64,000 bases of DNA from an uncultured candidate division Zixibacteria bacterium (lineage in GTDB: Bacteria; Zixibacteria; MSB-5A5; GN15; FEB-12), in NCBI GenBank assembly GCA_963735035.1, contig CAVTJJ010000004.1:96001-160000 (forward strand), in the 5' to 3' direction. Each line of letters opens with the position of its first letter. Positions within the stretch are counted from its first letter, which is position 1. Both the position numbers and the translations under genes were made by a program. Below are positions 46,276-60,900 of the stretch, piece after piece. The notes beneath the pieces are model-generated. The model saw nothing but the letters and a program-made list of their open reading frames with translations, searched no databases and was not told the origin of the DNA.

Positions 46276-48967
46276 ATGCGATTTGCAAAAATCACTCTAT
46301 TGTGTCTCTTAGTCCTGGTGGCGCTGGCCGACGTCTCCAAAGCTCAGTACAGATGTTCCGATGTGGTTCAATCTGCGACGGAGAGTATTCGTCTGCCGTT
46401 CTTTTGTGGCAAGCCCGGTGACACCGTCCTCCTGCCGGTCATTCTGGATAACGACTCCATAGTGACACCTTTTCAATTCTTGATCCAGTTCGACACAACC
46501 TGGTTGACGCCGCTCTTAACCCTTGACTCCACCTGTATTACCCTGAGCGATAATGGGTTAGACTGTCTCCAATGGCATTACGTCTGGTATGCCGATTACC
46601 TAATTACCGGTCGTATGCTCAAGACCGTTACTACCGACGGACAATTCGGTCCGGTGATCGATACTGTTAACAGGTTCACCGTGACTCTGTTTGAAGGTAC
46701 GAAGAATGTCCTGGCTTGCAACGGGCTCCCGGAAGGCAGTTTTTTCGATTCGTTGCCTCCGGGAAATGACACGATCTTCTATATTAAGCTGAAGGTCAAG
46801 GAGACAATGCCACATTTGACATTGTCGCAATTCAATTTCTATGAGACTGACATCTATGAGGACGTCGATGTGAACGGCGTACCTACGCGCGTATATTACG
46901 GATGTAGCACCTCGCAGATGTCGGAGGCCTGGCGCCTAACGGATAACACGACATCCTCTCCCCAGATTTACCCGAAGACCACCCAGCCATACGCCTACTA
47001 CTTTCAGGCTGATACCGGCTGTGTGCCACCGGTACCGGTTGATCCCACTGTTGCGTTGACCGCCAACCCGACTACTATCACTACCAGTGGAACGACAACT
47101 CTGAGTTGGACTTCCACCAATTCCGACTCGGTAGTGGTGTCCACCAGTCTGGGCTCTCGTCTTACCGGGACCTCGCAGGGGCACGTCTCCGGGAGTATCG
47201 TTTGGACTCCTACCGCCGCCGGCACGTATGTTTTCGTGGCGCGCGCTTATGGAAAGAATGGCAATACGGCCCTGGGTGACGCCACCGTGATAGTAACCGG
47301 AGTCAATCCAGGCACTGGGCCTACGCTGACGGTAAGCGGGCTGCAATCGTCATACGATCAGGGCATGTCGGTCCAGTTCGACGTCATCGGAACGGGCAAC
47401 AGCAGTTCGCAAACAGTCACGATAACCGCCACCGGGCCGACCGGCTCGACTTTCGGTGGGGGAACGTCCGTGAACGGGTCCCAGTCCGGTCACCGGTACT
47501 TTCAACTGGGTTCCTAATCAGAGCGGGAATTTCACGGTGACCTTCACCGGGAATAGCACCAGTGGGACGACTATTCTGAATCTCTCGATAATAGTCAATG
47601 CACCGAAATTCGACCGTTTGTACTCCAGCTCCAAGACGGGTAATCGACCCGTGGGCGGACGTCCGGGCAAATCGGAGATCGCTTTCCCGATCGATCTGGT
47701 CAAACTGCAGGATGTTTTCGGCGTTCAGTTCGACATGACTTACCCCAACGATTTGGTCCGCGTCGATTCGTTTATGACCACGGTTCGCATTCCGGACTAT
47801 GTCGTTTATGACAATATCGGCACGACGCCTGGCACTATCCGGGTCGTGACGTTTGGCTTGAACAATGAGCCGGTGATCGATACCAATACGACGGCCATCC
47901 TGCATGCGATGATGACCATTGATTCGAGCGCTGTGCCGTGGACCGACCTCGTGATTCATCTCGCCAACGGCCGCGAATCGATCGATCCCGACCCGCTGGT
48001 AGGTTCCAAGGAAATGCTTTCCGACTCCGGCCTGGTAGTGGTCGACTCCGTCGGTGATGTCAACTTGGACCGATACATAGACGTGGCCGATGTGGTCAAT
48101 ATTGTGTCGTATGTTATCGGCACGCATACGCTGGTGCCGAGACAGTTCGAAGTCGCCGACGTGATCCGTAACGACTCGGTGAACGTTTTCGACCTGGTGG
48201 CCGATGTGAACATGATCTACGGTATCGCCCTGGCGCAACCGGCCCCGCCGACTCCGGACCAGACCGCCGTACTCACCGTCTCCTATAATGATATAGCGGG
48301 CGGATCATCGGACGTCCTCAAAGTCAGCTCCAAGATTTCTGAAGAAGTGGCGGGTGTGCAGCTTCAGTTGAACTATGATCCGACCACGGTCAGCCTGGGT
48401 ACTCCCCGCCTGACGCAGGACAACGCCGACTACGCCCTTAATTCGTACGACAACGGTCAGGGTCGTATGCGGATCCTGCTTTACAAGTTCGCGCCTTACA
48501 ATTCCGGCGAATTCATGCAGGCGGGTGACGTTCAACTGGTCGAGATTCCGATCACTGCCTATAAGAGCGTGAAGGCGAATGACAAGACCCGTATCCGCCT
48601 GACCGAAGCGCTTATGTCCACGACCGTGGCCGGGGCGCTGACGGTAGAGGGGATAGACAAGCCTCTGCCGCTGACTTTCTCTTTGAAGCAGAATTATCCG
48701 AATCCGTTTAATCCGACTACTACTATCAAATTCGAGGTTGGCGTTTCCGATGTGGGCGCTTTACAGCAGGATGTCAACCTCGACGTCTATAACGTCCTCG
48801 GTCAACATGTGAGCAGCTTGGCCGCCGGCAAATATTCCGCGGGCGCATACGAAGTTGTTTGGAACGCTACGAACAAGGATGGTCGTCGCGTTGCCAGTGG
48901 TGTGTATCTGTACCGACTAAACGTCGGCGGAGAGTCAATGACCAAGAAGATGCTATTCCTTAAGTAA
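46276..48967 (+). CDS. Secreted multi-cohesin/dockerin protein with T9SS/FlgD-type C-terminal domain (~896 aa; one +1 frameshift near 47480)
   Basis: ORFs 46276-47517 and 47537-48967 join by removing one C in gggtcccagt, giving GSSPVTGTFNWVPNQSGNFTVTF; GDVNLDRYIDVADVV..DVIRNDSVNVFDLV dockerin; NYPNPFNP. Confidence 0.85.
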
Positions 48968-48990
48968 TAGCTCTCGGAGGAATCGTTAGG

Positions 48991-51900
48991 ATGAATCGAT
49001 TCGTAAGAATTATCTTTGGTACCGCGCTGCTCTTGCTTTTGGCCGGCGCGGCCACCGCACAATCGTTCCCGCCGGTGCTAAATCCGATCGGGGCGCAGTC
49101 TGTCAATGAAAACCTGCTGTTGTCGTTTACCGTGTCGGCTTCCGACAGTGATTTGACCACGCCTGTGCTTACCACCTCGACTGCTTCCCACCGGCGCCGG
49201 GTTTACCGATAACCTCAACGGCACCGGCAGCTTCACCTGGACCCCGACTTATGCCCAGGCGGGTTCATATAATGTGACTTTCTACGCCACCGATGCTGTC
49301 ACAACCGACGTGGACTCGGAGTTGGTCGTAATCACAGTGAACGATGTCCCTCAGGCGCCGGTCGTGAGCAATATCCCGGACCAGACTGTCGCCGAAGGTT
49401 CAACTTTCACTACTGTCAATCTCGATAACTACGTCACGGACGCAGACAATAGTGCGGCGGAGATGACCTGGACTTACTCCGGTAACACGGCTCTGACGGT
49501 CAGCATCGATGTCAACCGGGTCGCCACAATTACGATTCCGGACGTCAACTGGAATGGTGCTGAGACGATTACGTTTACGGCGACTGATCCGGTCTGCTGT
49601 TCTCATCTGATCCGGCCACGTTCACGGTCACGGCGGTCAACGATGCACCGGTGGTAGCCGACATCCCGAATCAGACTGTCGCTGAAGGCTCGACTTTCAC
49701 GACGATCAGTCTTGATAGCTACGTGACTGACGTTGACAACACACCCTCTCAGATGACCTGGACTTACTCAGGAAACACCGTCACTTACCGTAAGCATCGA
49801 TGTCAACCGGATCGCTACGATCACGATTCCGGATGCGAACTGGAATGGCTCTGAGACGATCACTTTCACTGCTACCGATCCGGGCCTTCTGTTCTCATCC
49901 GACCCGGCGACGTTTACGGTCACAGCGGTCAATGACGCCCCGGTCGTAGCTGACATCCCGAACCAGACTATCGCCGAAGGCTCGACCTTTACGACGATCA
50001 GTCTCGACAGCTACGTTACGGACGTCGACAACACTTCGGCCCAGATGACCTGGACCTACTCCGGTAACACGGCGTTGACGGTGAGCATTGATGTCAACCG
50101 GGTGGCCACGATCACGATTCCGGACGCCAACTGGAACGGCGCCGAGACGATCACTTTCACCGCGACCGATCCGGGCTTGCTGTTCTGCTTCTGATCCGGC
50201 GACGTTTACGGTTACGGCAGTCAACAACGCTCCAGTGGTGGCCGACATCCCGAACCAGACTGTAGCTGAAGGATCGACCTTTACAACAATCAGTCTCGAC
50301 AGCTACGTGACCGATGTCGACAACACCGCGGCCCAGATGACCTGGACCTACTCCGGCAACACGGCTTTGACGGTCAGTATCGATGTCAACCGGGTGGCCA
50401 CGATCACGATTCCGGATGCCAACTGGAACGGCGCTGAAACGATCACATTTACTGCCACCGATCCGGGCCTGCTGTTCGCTTCTGACCCGGCCACGTTTAC
50501 GGTCACGGCCGTCAACAATGCACCGGTGGTAACTGACATTCCTGACCAGACTATCGCCGAAGGATCGACCTTCACGACCATCGCTCTCGATGGCTATGTC
50601 TCTGACGTTGACAACACCGACGCCCAGATGACCTGGACCTACTCCGGCAACACGGCTCTGACGGTCAGTATCGATGTCAACAGGGTCGCTACGATTACGA
50701 TCCTGGATGCGAACTGGAACGGCGCTGAGACGATCACGTTTACGGCGACTGATCCCGGCTTGCTCGCTTCGTCCGATGCCGCCATCTTCACGGTAACGGC
50801 GGTTAATGATGCGCCGGTAGTCACTGATATCCCGGATCAGACAATAGCAGAAGGCTCGACGTTCACGACTATCGCTCTCGACGGCTACGTCTCCGACGTT
50901 GACAACACTGATGCCCAGATGACCTGGACTTACTCTGGTAATACCGCTTTGACGGTCAGTATCAGTCCAACCAGAGTTGCCACGATCACGATGCCGGATG
51001 CCAACTGGAATGGCGCCGAGACGATCACGTTTACGGCCACCGATCCCGGATTGCTGTTTTCGTCCAACCCGGCCACGTTTACGGTCACAGCCGTCAATGA
51101 CGCTCCTGTAGTTTCAGATATCCCGAATCAGACTGTGGCTGAAGGCTCGACCTTTACGACTATAGCTCTTGATGGCTATGTCTCTGACGTTGACAACACC
51201 GACGCCCAGATGACGTGGACATACTCCGGCAATACGGCGTTGACCGTGAGCATTGATGTCAACCGGGTTGCCACGATCACAATCCCTGACGCCAACTGGA
51301 ATGGCGCCGAGACGATTACGTTCACAGCGACCGACCCTGGCCTGTTGTTCTCATCCAACCCGGCCACGTTCACGGTTACAGCGGTCAACGACGCCCCGGT
51401 GGTGGCTGACATCCCGAATCAGACGATAGCTGAAGGCTCGACCTTCACGACCATCGCTCTCGATGGCTATGTCTCTGACGTCGACAACACCGACGCTCAG
51501 ATGACCTGGACTTACTCCGGCAACACCGCGCTTACGGTTAGTATCGATGTCAACCGGATCGCTACGATTACTACCCCAGATGCCAACTGGAACGGCGCCG
51601 AGACGATTACTTTCACGGCCACTGATCCGGGTCTGCTGTTCTCATCGAACCCCGCGACGTTCACGGTTACGGCAGTAAACGACGCGCCGGTGGTAACTGA
51701 CATTCCTGACCAGACTATCGCCGAAGGTTCGACCTTTACGACTATAGCTCTTGATGGCTATGTCTCAGACGTCGACAACACACCTTCTCAGATGACCTGG
51801 ACCTACTCCGGCAATACGGCGCTTACGGTCAGTATAAGCCCTACTAGAGTAGCTACGATCACGATTCCGGACGCCAACTGGAACGGCGCCGAGACTATCA

Positions 51901-54900
51901 CGTTTACCGCGACCGACCCCGGATTGCTGTTCTCATCCGATCCGGCCACGTTCACGGTCACAGCCGTCAATAACGCTCCGGTAGTGGCTGATATCCCGAA
52001 TCAGACTATCGCTGAAGCATCGACCTTCACAACCATCGCTCTTGATGGCTATGTCTCAGACGTCGATAACACTGACGCCCAGATGGCGTGGACATACTCC
52101 GGCAATACCGCGTTGACCGTGAGCATTGATGTCAACCGGGTAGCTACGATTACTACCCCAGATGCCAACTGGAACGGCGCTGAAACGATTACGTTCACAG
52201 CAACTGACCCGGGCCTCTTGTTCGCTTTCGATCCGGCCACGTTTACGGTTACGTCAGTCAATGACGCACCAGTGGTAAGCGATATTCCGAATCAGACTGT
52301 GGCTGAAGGCGCGACATTCGCGACGATCAATCTTGACAGCTACGTAACCGACGTCGACAACACTCCTGCCCAGATGACGTGGACCTATTCCGGCAACACG
52401 GCGCTGACCGTGAGTATCAGTCCTCTCAGGGTTGCCACGATTACGATTCCAGACGTTAACTGGAACGGCAACGAGACGATTACATTTACTGCTACTGATC
52501 CCGGCCTCTTGTTCGCTTCCGATCCGGCCACGTTCACAGTCACGGCAGTAAACGACGCTCCTGTAGTTGCTGATATTCCGAACCACACTATCGCCGAAGG
52601 ATCGACCTTCACGACCATCGCTCTTGATGGCTATGTATCGGATGTTGACAACACCGACGCCCAGATGACCTGGACTTACTCTGGTAATACCGCTCTGACA
52701 GTCAGTATTGATGTCAACCGCGTAGCTACGATTACGATCCCAGATGCCAACTGGAACGGCGCTGAGACGATTACTTTCACAGCGACCGATCCGGGTCTGC
52801 TGTTCTCATCTGACCCTGCGACTTTCACAGTTACTGCAGTGAATGACGCCCCGGTGGTAGCGGATATTCCGAACCAGACTATCGCCGAAGGCTCGACCTT
52901 CACCACGATCAATCTTGATAGCTACGTGACCGATGCCGACAACACGCCTTCTCAGATGACCTGGACTTACTCCGGCAACACGGCGTTGACCGTGAGTATC
53001 GATGTCAACAGGATCGCCACAATTACGATTCCGGACGTCAACTGGAACGGCGCTGAAACGATTACGTTTACGGCGACCGATCCGGGCCTGCTGTTCTCGT
53101 CCAACCCGGCCACGTTCACGGTCACAGCCGTCAATAACGCGCCCGTAGTTTCAGATATCCCGAATCAGACTGTGGCTGAAGGCTCGACCTTTACGACTAT
53201 AGCTCTTGATGGCTATGTATCGGATGTCGACAACACACCTTCCCAGATGACTTGGACCTACTCTGGCAACACGGCTTTGACGGTCAGTATCAGTCCGACC
53301 AGAGTCGCCACGATCACGATACCTGACGCCAACTGGAACGGCGCTGAGACGATCACGTTTACGGCGACCGATCCGGGGTTGCTGGCCTCGTCCAATGCCG
53401 CCATCTTCACCGTAACTGCGGCTAATGATGCTCCAGTAGTCACTGATATCCCGGATCAGACAATAGCTGAAGGCTCGACGTTCACGACTATCGCTCTCGA
53501 CGGCTACGTCTCCGACGTTGACAACACTGATGCCCAGATGACCTGGACCTACTCAGGCAACACGGCTCTGACAGTCAGTATCGATGTCAACAGAGTCGCT
53601 ACGATTACGATTCCGGATATGAATTGGAACGGTGCTGAGACGATTACGTTTACGGCGACCGATCCCGGTCTGCTGTTCGCTTCCGATCCGGCCACGTTTA
53701 CGGTCACCCCGGTAAACGACCCGCCGGTCTTAGCGACTATTGGCCCCCGCTCTGTAACTGAAGGCGCCATTTTGAACTTCACGGCCACCGCAACGGATGT
53801 TGACGGAGAAACGCCCGTTCTGACAACTTCCTCGCTGCCGACCGGAGCTACCTTTGTCGATCACGCCAACGGTACCGGAACGTTTGACTTCACGCCCGGC
53901 TACCTGCAGTCGGGTGTGTACTCGGTGACGTTCTATGCCCGCGATGCGGCGCTATCAGTTGATTCCGAAGTGGTCAGCATCACGGTCATCGATGCCGGCA
54001 ACCAGCTTCCAGTGCTGGCGGCTATAGGCCCGCATTCGGTGCTTGAAGGTGCCAACTTGAGTTTCACGGTGTCAGCTACCGACATTGAAGATCCTTCCCC
54101 GGCCCTGACAACCTCGATCCTGCCCAGCCATGCCAGCTTTGTCGATAACGGCAACGGTACCGGCACCTTCAGCTTTACGCCGGCTTTCCAGCAGGCGGGT
54201 ATGTACCAGGTGACTTTCACCGCGACGGATGACAGTCTTGGGATCGATTTCGAAATCGTCACGATCACTGTAACAGACGCGGGCAATCAGGCTCCTGTCC
54301 TGGCGACCATCGGCCCGAGATCGGTGACCGAGGGTGCTACGCTGGCATTCGGCGTTTCAGCGACCGACCCGGATGGCACCACCCCGACCTTCACGACTTC
54401 TTCGTTGCCGACTAACGCCAGCTTCTTAGATAACGGCAACGGTACCGGCAATTTCAGCTTCTCGCCGAATTTCACTCAGGCCGGGACTTACAATATTACG
54501 TTCAGGGCCACCGATGGAGCGCTAGTTGACTCCGAAGTAGTAGTCGTTACAGTTGTCGACGCCGGTAATCGGGCGCCGGTTCTGGCAGCTATCGGACCGA
54601 AGACAGTCACCGAAGGCGCCAATTTGCATATAGTTCTGTCCGCCACTGATGCGGACGGTACGACACCGGTTCTTACTTCATCCACTCTGCCGCGTAATGC
54701 GACATTCATAGATAATGGCAATGGTACGGGAGACTTCGACTTCAATCCTGACTTTATCCAGTCGGGAATCCGTAGCGTGACCTTCTATGCCTCGGACGGA
54801 GTCGCGGTGGACTCCGAGGTAGTGTTTATCACTATCAACGATGCGGGTAATCAGCCGCCGGTCCTGGCGGCGATAGGCCCGCGGACTGTGACCGAGGGCA

Positions 54901-57900
54901 GTCAACTGACCTTTGGTGTCTCAGCCTCCGATCCTGAGGGGGCTACCCCCAGCCTCTCGACGTCAAGTCTCCCTACCAACGCCAGCTTCGTGGACAATCA
55001 CAACGGCACCGGCACGTTTACTTTCGATCCGAGCTACATCCAGTCCGGTACCTACAATATCACTTTTACCGCTCGCGATGACAGCACCGCCACCGATGTT
55101 GAGATCGTCACGATTACGGTCAATGACGCAGGCAATCAGACCCCGGTGCTGGCGGCGATCGGTCCGCATTCGGTCGACGAAAACGTTCTGGTGACCTTTG
55201 GAGTCTCAGCTACTGATGCGGACGCTACCATCCCCGCGCTGACTACTTCGACGCTTCCACTGAACGCCACCTTCGTAGACAATTTGAACGGGACCGGTAC
55301 GTTTTCCTTCACGCCGAGTTTCTTCCAGGCCGGAATCTACAACATTACGTTCCGTGCCTCGGACGGTATCGCGGTCGACAGCGAGATTGTGACTATCACC
55401 GTCAACAATATCAACCGCGCGCCGGTGCTTGACGCTATCGGCCCGAGAGCGGTCAATGAGAACGCGACGCTCGCCTTTACGGTTACGACAAGCGATCCCG
55501 ACCTGACAACTCCGATTCTCGCCGCTACCGGCCTGCCGGCCAATGCAACTTTTGTAGATAATCTCAACGGCACCGGCAGCTTCAGTTTCACGCCGTCGTT
55601 CTATCAGGCCGGAAGCTACAATGTCACGTTTACGTCGAGTGATGGCGCTCTGTCCGACTCTGAAATCGTAACCATTACGGTAAGTAATGTCAATCAGGCG
55701 CCAGTACTCGCGGCTATTGGTCCGCAGTTTGTCACCGAGGGTGCCAACCTGAGCGTGCTGGTTACGGCTACTGACGCCGACAGCACCGCTCTAACATTCA
55801 CCGCCGCGCCGCTGCCTCTGAACGGAACGTTCGTGGATCACGGTAACGGAACCGGAACGTTCAGTTTTAGTCCGAACTATCGCCAGTCCGGTATCGTTAG
55901 CCTGATGTTCACAGTCAGCGATGGTGTCGCTACTGACCAGGAGCTGGTGTTCGTGACGATCAACGAGGCGGGCAATCAACCGCCGGTGCTCGCGGCTATC
56001 GGGCCGCGATCCACCCAGGAAGGCCTGGTGCTCAATTTTACGGCTACCGCGACCGATCCCGAGGGTGTCGCGCCGGTCCTGACCACTTCGGCTTTGCCAC
56101 TGCACGCCAGCTTTGTCGACAACCATAATGGTACTGGCAGCTTCAGCTTCAGCCCCGACTTCACCCAGGCCGGCACTTACAATATTACTTTCACTGCCAC
56201 CGATGATTCCTCGGCCACTGATTTTGAAATCGTCACGATCACGGTTTCCGAATCCGGTAACCAGGCTCCAGTGCTCGCGGCCATAGGCGCCCGTAGCGCT
56301 ACTGAAGGCACACTGCTCAATTTCGCCGTCTCGGCCGCCGATCCCGATGCGACCACCCCGACCCTTACGGCTTCGCCTCTCCCCACCGGTGCTGCCTTTG
56401 TCGACAACGGCAACGGGACAGGTACTTTCAACTGGTCGCCGACATTCATACAGGCCGGTGTTTACCCGGTGACATTCATAGCATCTGACGGCACCCTGGC
56501 CGATTCCGAAGTCGTTCAGATTACGATCATCGAGGCCGGTAACCAGAGACCGGTGCTAGCGGCTATTGGCCCGCGTGGCACGACTGAATCAGTCAATTTG
56601 AACTTCTCCGTCTCGGCTTCCGATGCTGATGCCACCACGCCAACTCTTTCGGCCGGACCGCTTCCGACCGGTGCCACCTTCGTGGACAATGCTAACGGCT
56701 CCGGCACGTTCAACTGGACACCGGGATTTACTCAGTCGGGTATCTACAATGTGATCTTTGTCGCCTCGGACGGTCTTCTGGCCGACTCCGAGACGGTTCA
56801 AATAACGGTCGTTGAATCAGGCAATCAGGCCCCCATACTCGCCGCGATTGGCGCACACAGCACTACCGAAAACGTGCTCCTTAGTTTCACTGCGTCGGCT
56901 ACGGACGCCGATGCCACTATCCCGTTGCTCAGCGCGTCGCCGCTTCCGACCGGCGCCACTTTTGTCGACAACGGCAACGGCACTGGCAGCTTCAATTGGC
57001 AGCCGAGTTTCATTCAGTCGGGTGTTTACAATGTCACTTTTGTAGCCTCTGACGGTGTGGCGGCTGATTCCGAAGTGGTGCAGATCACAGTCATTGAGGC
57101 CGGCAACCAGATACCGGTGCTCGCCGCGATCGGCGCCCGCAGTACAACTGAAAGCGCGATCTTGAACTTCGCGGTCACGGCTTCAGATGTCGACGGCACG
57201 ACGCCGATTCTGACCGCGACACCGCTGCCGACCGGTGCGACTTACACCGACCATGGCAATGGTACAGCTACATTCAACTGGAGACCCGGCTTCACGCAGG
57301 CGGGAATATACAGTGTGACTTTTGTCGCTTCAGACGGCCTGCTTGCCGATTCCGAACTCGTGCAGATTACCGTCATCGATGCCGGAAACCAGAGACCCGC
57401 TCTGGTGAGTATCGGCGGCCAGGGGGCCACTGAAAACACGAACCTGAATTTCGACGTCTTTGCGACCGATGTGGACGCCACCACGCCTGCGCTTTCGGCT
57501 GGACCGCTGCCGACCGGCGCCACGTTCGTAGATCATGCTAACGGAACCGGTACCTTTGATTGGACGCCGGACTTCACTCAGGCTGGCATCTATACGATCA
57601 CATTCGTTGCTTCGGACGGTCTCCTGGCTGACTCCGAAGTGGTTCATATAACAGTGGCCGACGCCGGTAATCAGGCTCCCGTGCTCGCCGCGATCGGCGC
57701 CCGGAGCACCACCGAAAATGTCAGCCTCGCTTTTGGTGTGACGGCTGCCGACGCCGACGCCACCATCCCGTCGCTCAGCGCGTCGCCGCTGCCGACCGGC
57801 GCTACTTTTGTCGACAACGGCAATGGTACGGGCAGCTTCAACTGGCTGCCGACTTACACTCAGGCCGGTATCTACAGCGTATGGTTTGTCGCCTCAGACG

Positions 57901-60900
57901 GTGTTCTGGCTGATTCCGAACTCGTACAGATTACAGTCATCGAGGCCGGCAACCAGAGACCGGTGCTTGCCACGATCGGCTCACACAGCACGACTGAGAA
58001 CTTGAATCTGAACTTCGCTGTATCAGCCTCGGATGTTGATGCCACCACGTCGATCCTGACCGCATCACCGCTGCCGACCGGCGCGACTTACACCGACCAC
58101 GGCAACGGTACTGCTACCTTCGATTGGACTCCCGGTTTCACACAGGCGGGTATCTATAGCGTAACGTTTGTCGCTTCGGACGGTCTGTTGGCCGATTCCG
58201 AAGTCGTTCAGATTACGATTATTGAAGCCGGCAACCAGGCCCCGGTGCTGGCGGCTATCGGCGCTCGTAGTACCAGTGAAAGCACAAACCTGAATTTCGG
58301 CGTATCCGCGACCGATGTCGACGCTACCACGCCGACCCTGACCGCGTCACCGCTGCCGACCGGCGCGACTTTCGTGGACAATGCCAACGGTACTGGCACG
58401 TTCAACTGGACACCGGACTTCACTCAGGCCGGCATCTATACGATCACATTCGTTGCTTCAGACGGTTTGCTGGCCGATACCGAAGTGGTCCAGATTACGG
58501 TTCTCGAAGCCGGTAATCAGGCTCCTGTGCTTGCCGCGATAGGCGCTCGCAGCACCACCGAAAATGTCAGCCTCGCTTTTGGTGTGACGGCTACCGACGC
58601 CGACGCCACCATCCCGTTGCTGAGCGCTTCGTCGCTGCCGACCGGTGCTACTTTCGTAGACAACGGCAATGGTACGGGCAGCTTCAACTGGCTGCCGACT
58701 TATACTCAGGCCGGTATCTACAGCGTGACGTTTGTCGCATCGGACGGCGTCCTTGCTGATTCGGAACTCGTGCAGATTACCGTCATCGAGGCCGGCAACC
58801 AGAGACCGGTGCTTGCCACGATCGGCTCACACAGCACGACTGAGAACATCAATCTGAACTTCGCGGTCTCTGCGTCTGATGTCGACGCCACCACGCCGAT
58901 ACTAACCGCATCACCGCTGCCGACTGGCGCTACATACACCGACCACGGCAACGGTACTGCTACCTTCGATTGGACTCCCGGTTTCACACAGGCGGGTATC
59001 TATAGCGTAACGTTTGTCGCTTCGGACGGAGTATTGGCCGATTCCGAAGTCGTTCAGATTACGATTATTGAAGCCGGCAACCAGGCCCCGGTGCTCGCCG
59101 CGATAGGCGCGCGGGGTACGACTGAGAATATCAATCTCAACTTCATCGTTTCGGCGTCCGATCTCGACGCCACCACGCCGATCCTGACTGCGTCACCGCT
59201 TCCGACCGGCGCCACCTTCATAGACAACGCCAACGGCACCGGCACGTTCAACTGGACACCCGGCTTCACCCAGGCCGGACTATACAATGTCACGTTTGTG
59301 GCGTCTGATGGTTTGCTCGCCGATACCGAAGTGGTCCAGATAACGGTCACCGATGCGGGCAACCAGACGCCGGTCCTGGCGGCGATCGGCGCCCGTGGCA
59401 CGAACGAACAGGTCAATTTGAATTTCAGCGTCTCGGCGACCGATGCCGACGCTACGATTCCGACCCTTTCGGCCGCACCGCTTCCGACCGGTGCTACTTT
59501 CACCAACAATGCTAACGGTACTGGAACATTCAACTGGACACCGAGCTATGTACAGGCCGGTATATACGATATCACGTTTGTCGCCTCAGACGGTGTCGCC
59601 GCCGACTCCGAAGTTGTGCGGATCACAGTCACCGATGCCGGCAACCAGATCCCGGTGCTGGCTGCAATTGGCGCTCGTAGCATAGCTGAAAACGCCGCTC
59701 TGAACTTCACGGTGTCGGCGACCGATGCCGACCTTACGACTCCGGTCTTATCGGCTAACTCACTTCCGATTGGCGCGAGTTTTGTCGATCATGCCAACGG
59801 CACGGCGACATTCAACTGGACCCCGGACTTCACCCAGGCCGGTGTGCACAACGTTCTGTTCATAGCTTCCGATGGCATCTCGGCTGACAGCGAACTAGTC
59901 GCTATCACGGTTACTAATACCAACCGGGTTCCGGTCGCCAACGCCGGTTCGGATCAGTTTGACATCCCGCAGGGGCATCTGGTACAGCTCGACGGCGCCG
60001 GATCCTCCGATGCCGACGGCGAGTTACTCACCTATGCCTGGACGCAAGTTGCCGGAGCGGCCGTTACTCTTTCGAGTGCGACGAATGTGGCTCCGACCTT
60101 TACACCCAATGCGCTCGGAACTTACCGGTTCCAGTTGATCGCCTTCGACGGCATCGACCACTCGCTTCCGGATACGGTGGCTATCGCAGTGGTAAACGGT
60201 GCTCCGCCGCGCTCTGTGACGGACTTGACGATCAGAATCGTCAGTGACGCCCTCGTGTTGACCTGGTCGCCCGTGTTGGTTGATACGGCCGGTCTCGCGA
60301 CCACGATCGACCACTACGAGATTCACCGTGGTACGTCGGCGTACTTCACGCCCGGCCCGGCGAATTTGATCGGCACTTCGAACGCTTTGACTGCTACCTT
60401 TACAGATAACAACATCGGCGGCGCTAACGTCGTGGGCGACACCCTGACGCAGTACTTCTACGTGGTGGTGGCCATCGACTCATGGACGAATGCCTCCGGT
60501 GTTTCGAACCGGGTCGGCGAATACGACTATCCGATCATTATCACGTCGTCTACCGACTACAACCTGGTTTGCATCCCGTTCACGGGTACCGGCATCACGA
60601 ATGCCGATCAGTTGATATCGGCGCTTGGCACCGGACGGGTATTGACCGTCAACCGGTACATTGCAACGTCGCAGAGCTTCCAGTCGCGCTATGCGGCCGG
60701 GTTCGGAATCAATTTCGCAGTGGTACCGGGGGGAGTGTATCAGGTGAATGCGGCGTCGGCGACAATCTTCTCCGTCGCCGGAGGTGTCCCGGCTCCGGGA
60801 ACCATAACCTACCCGTTGGTAACGACCGCTTCGACAGATTTCAATTACGTATCAATACCGTTCGAGCGCGAGGCTAATTTCCTCGTGGCGCAGGATGTCA

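Noticed and set aside
39101..48967. True cellulosome locus
   Set aside because: No glycoside hydrolase, CBM3 or SLH domain recognised; cohesin and dockerin co-occur in each protein.
50348..59533. Repeated small minus-strand ORFs inside the giant gene
   Set aside because: Periodic antisense by-products of the coding repeats.
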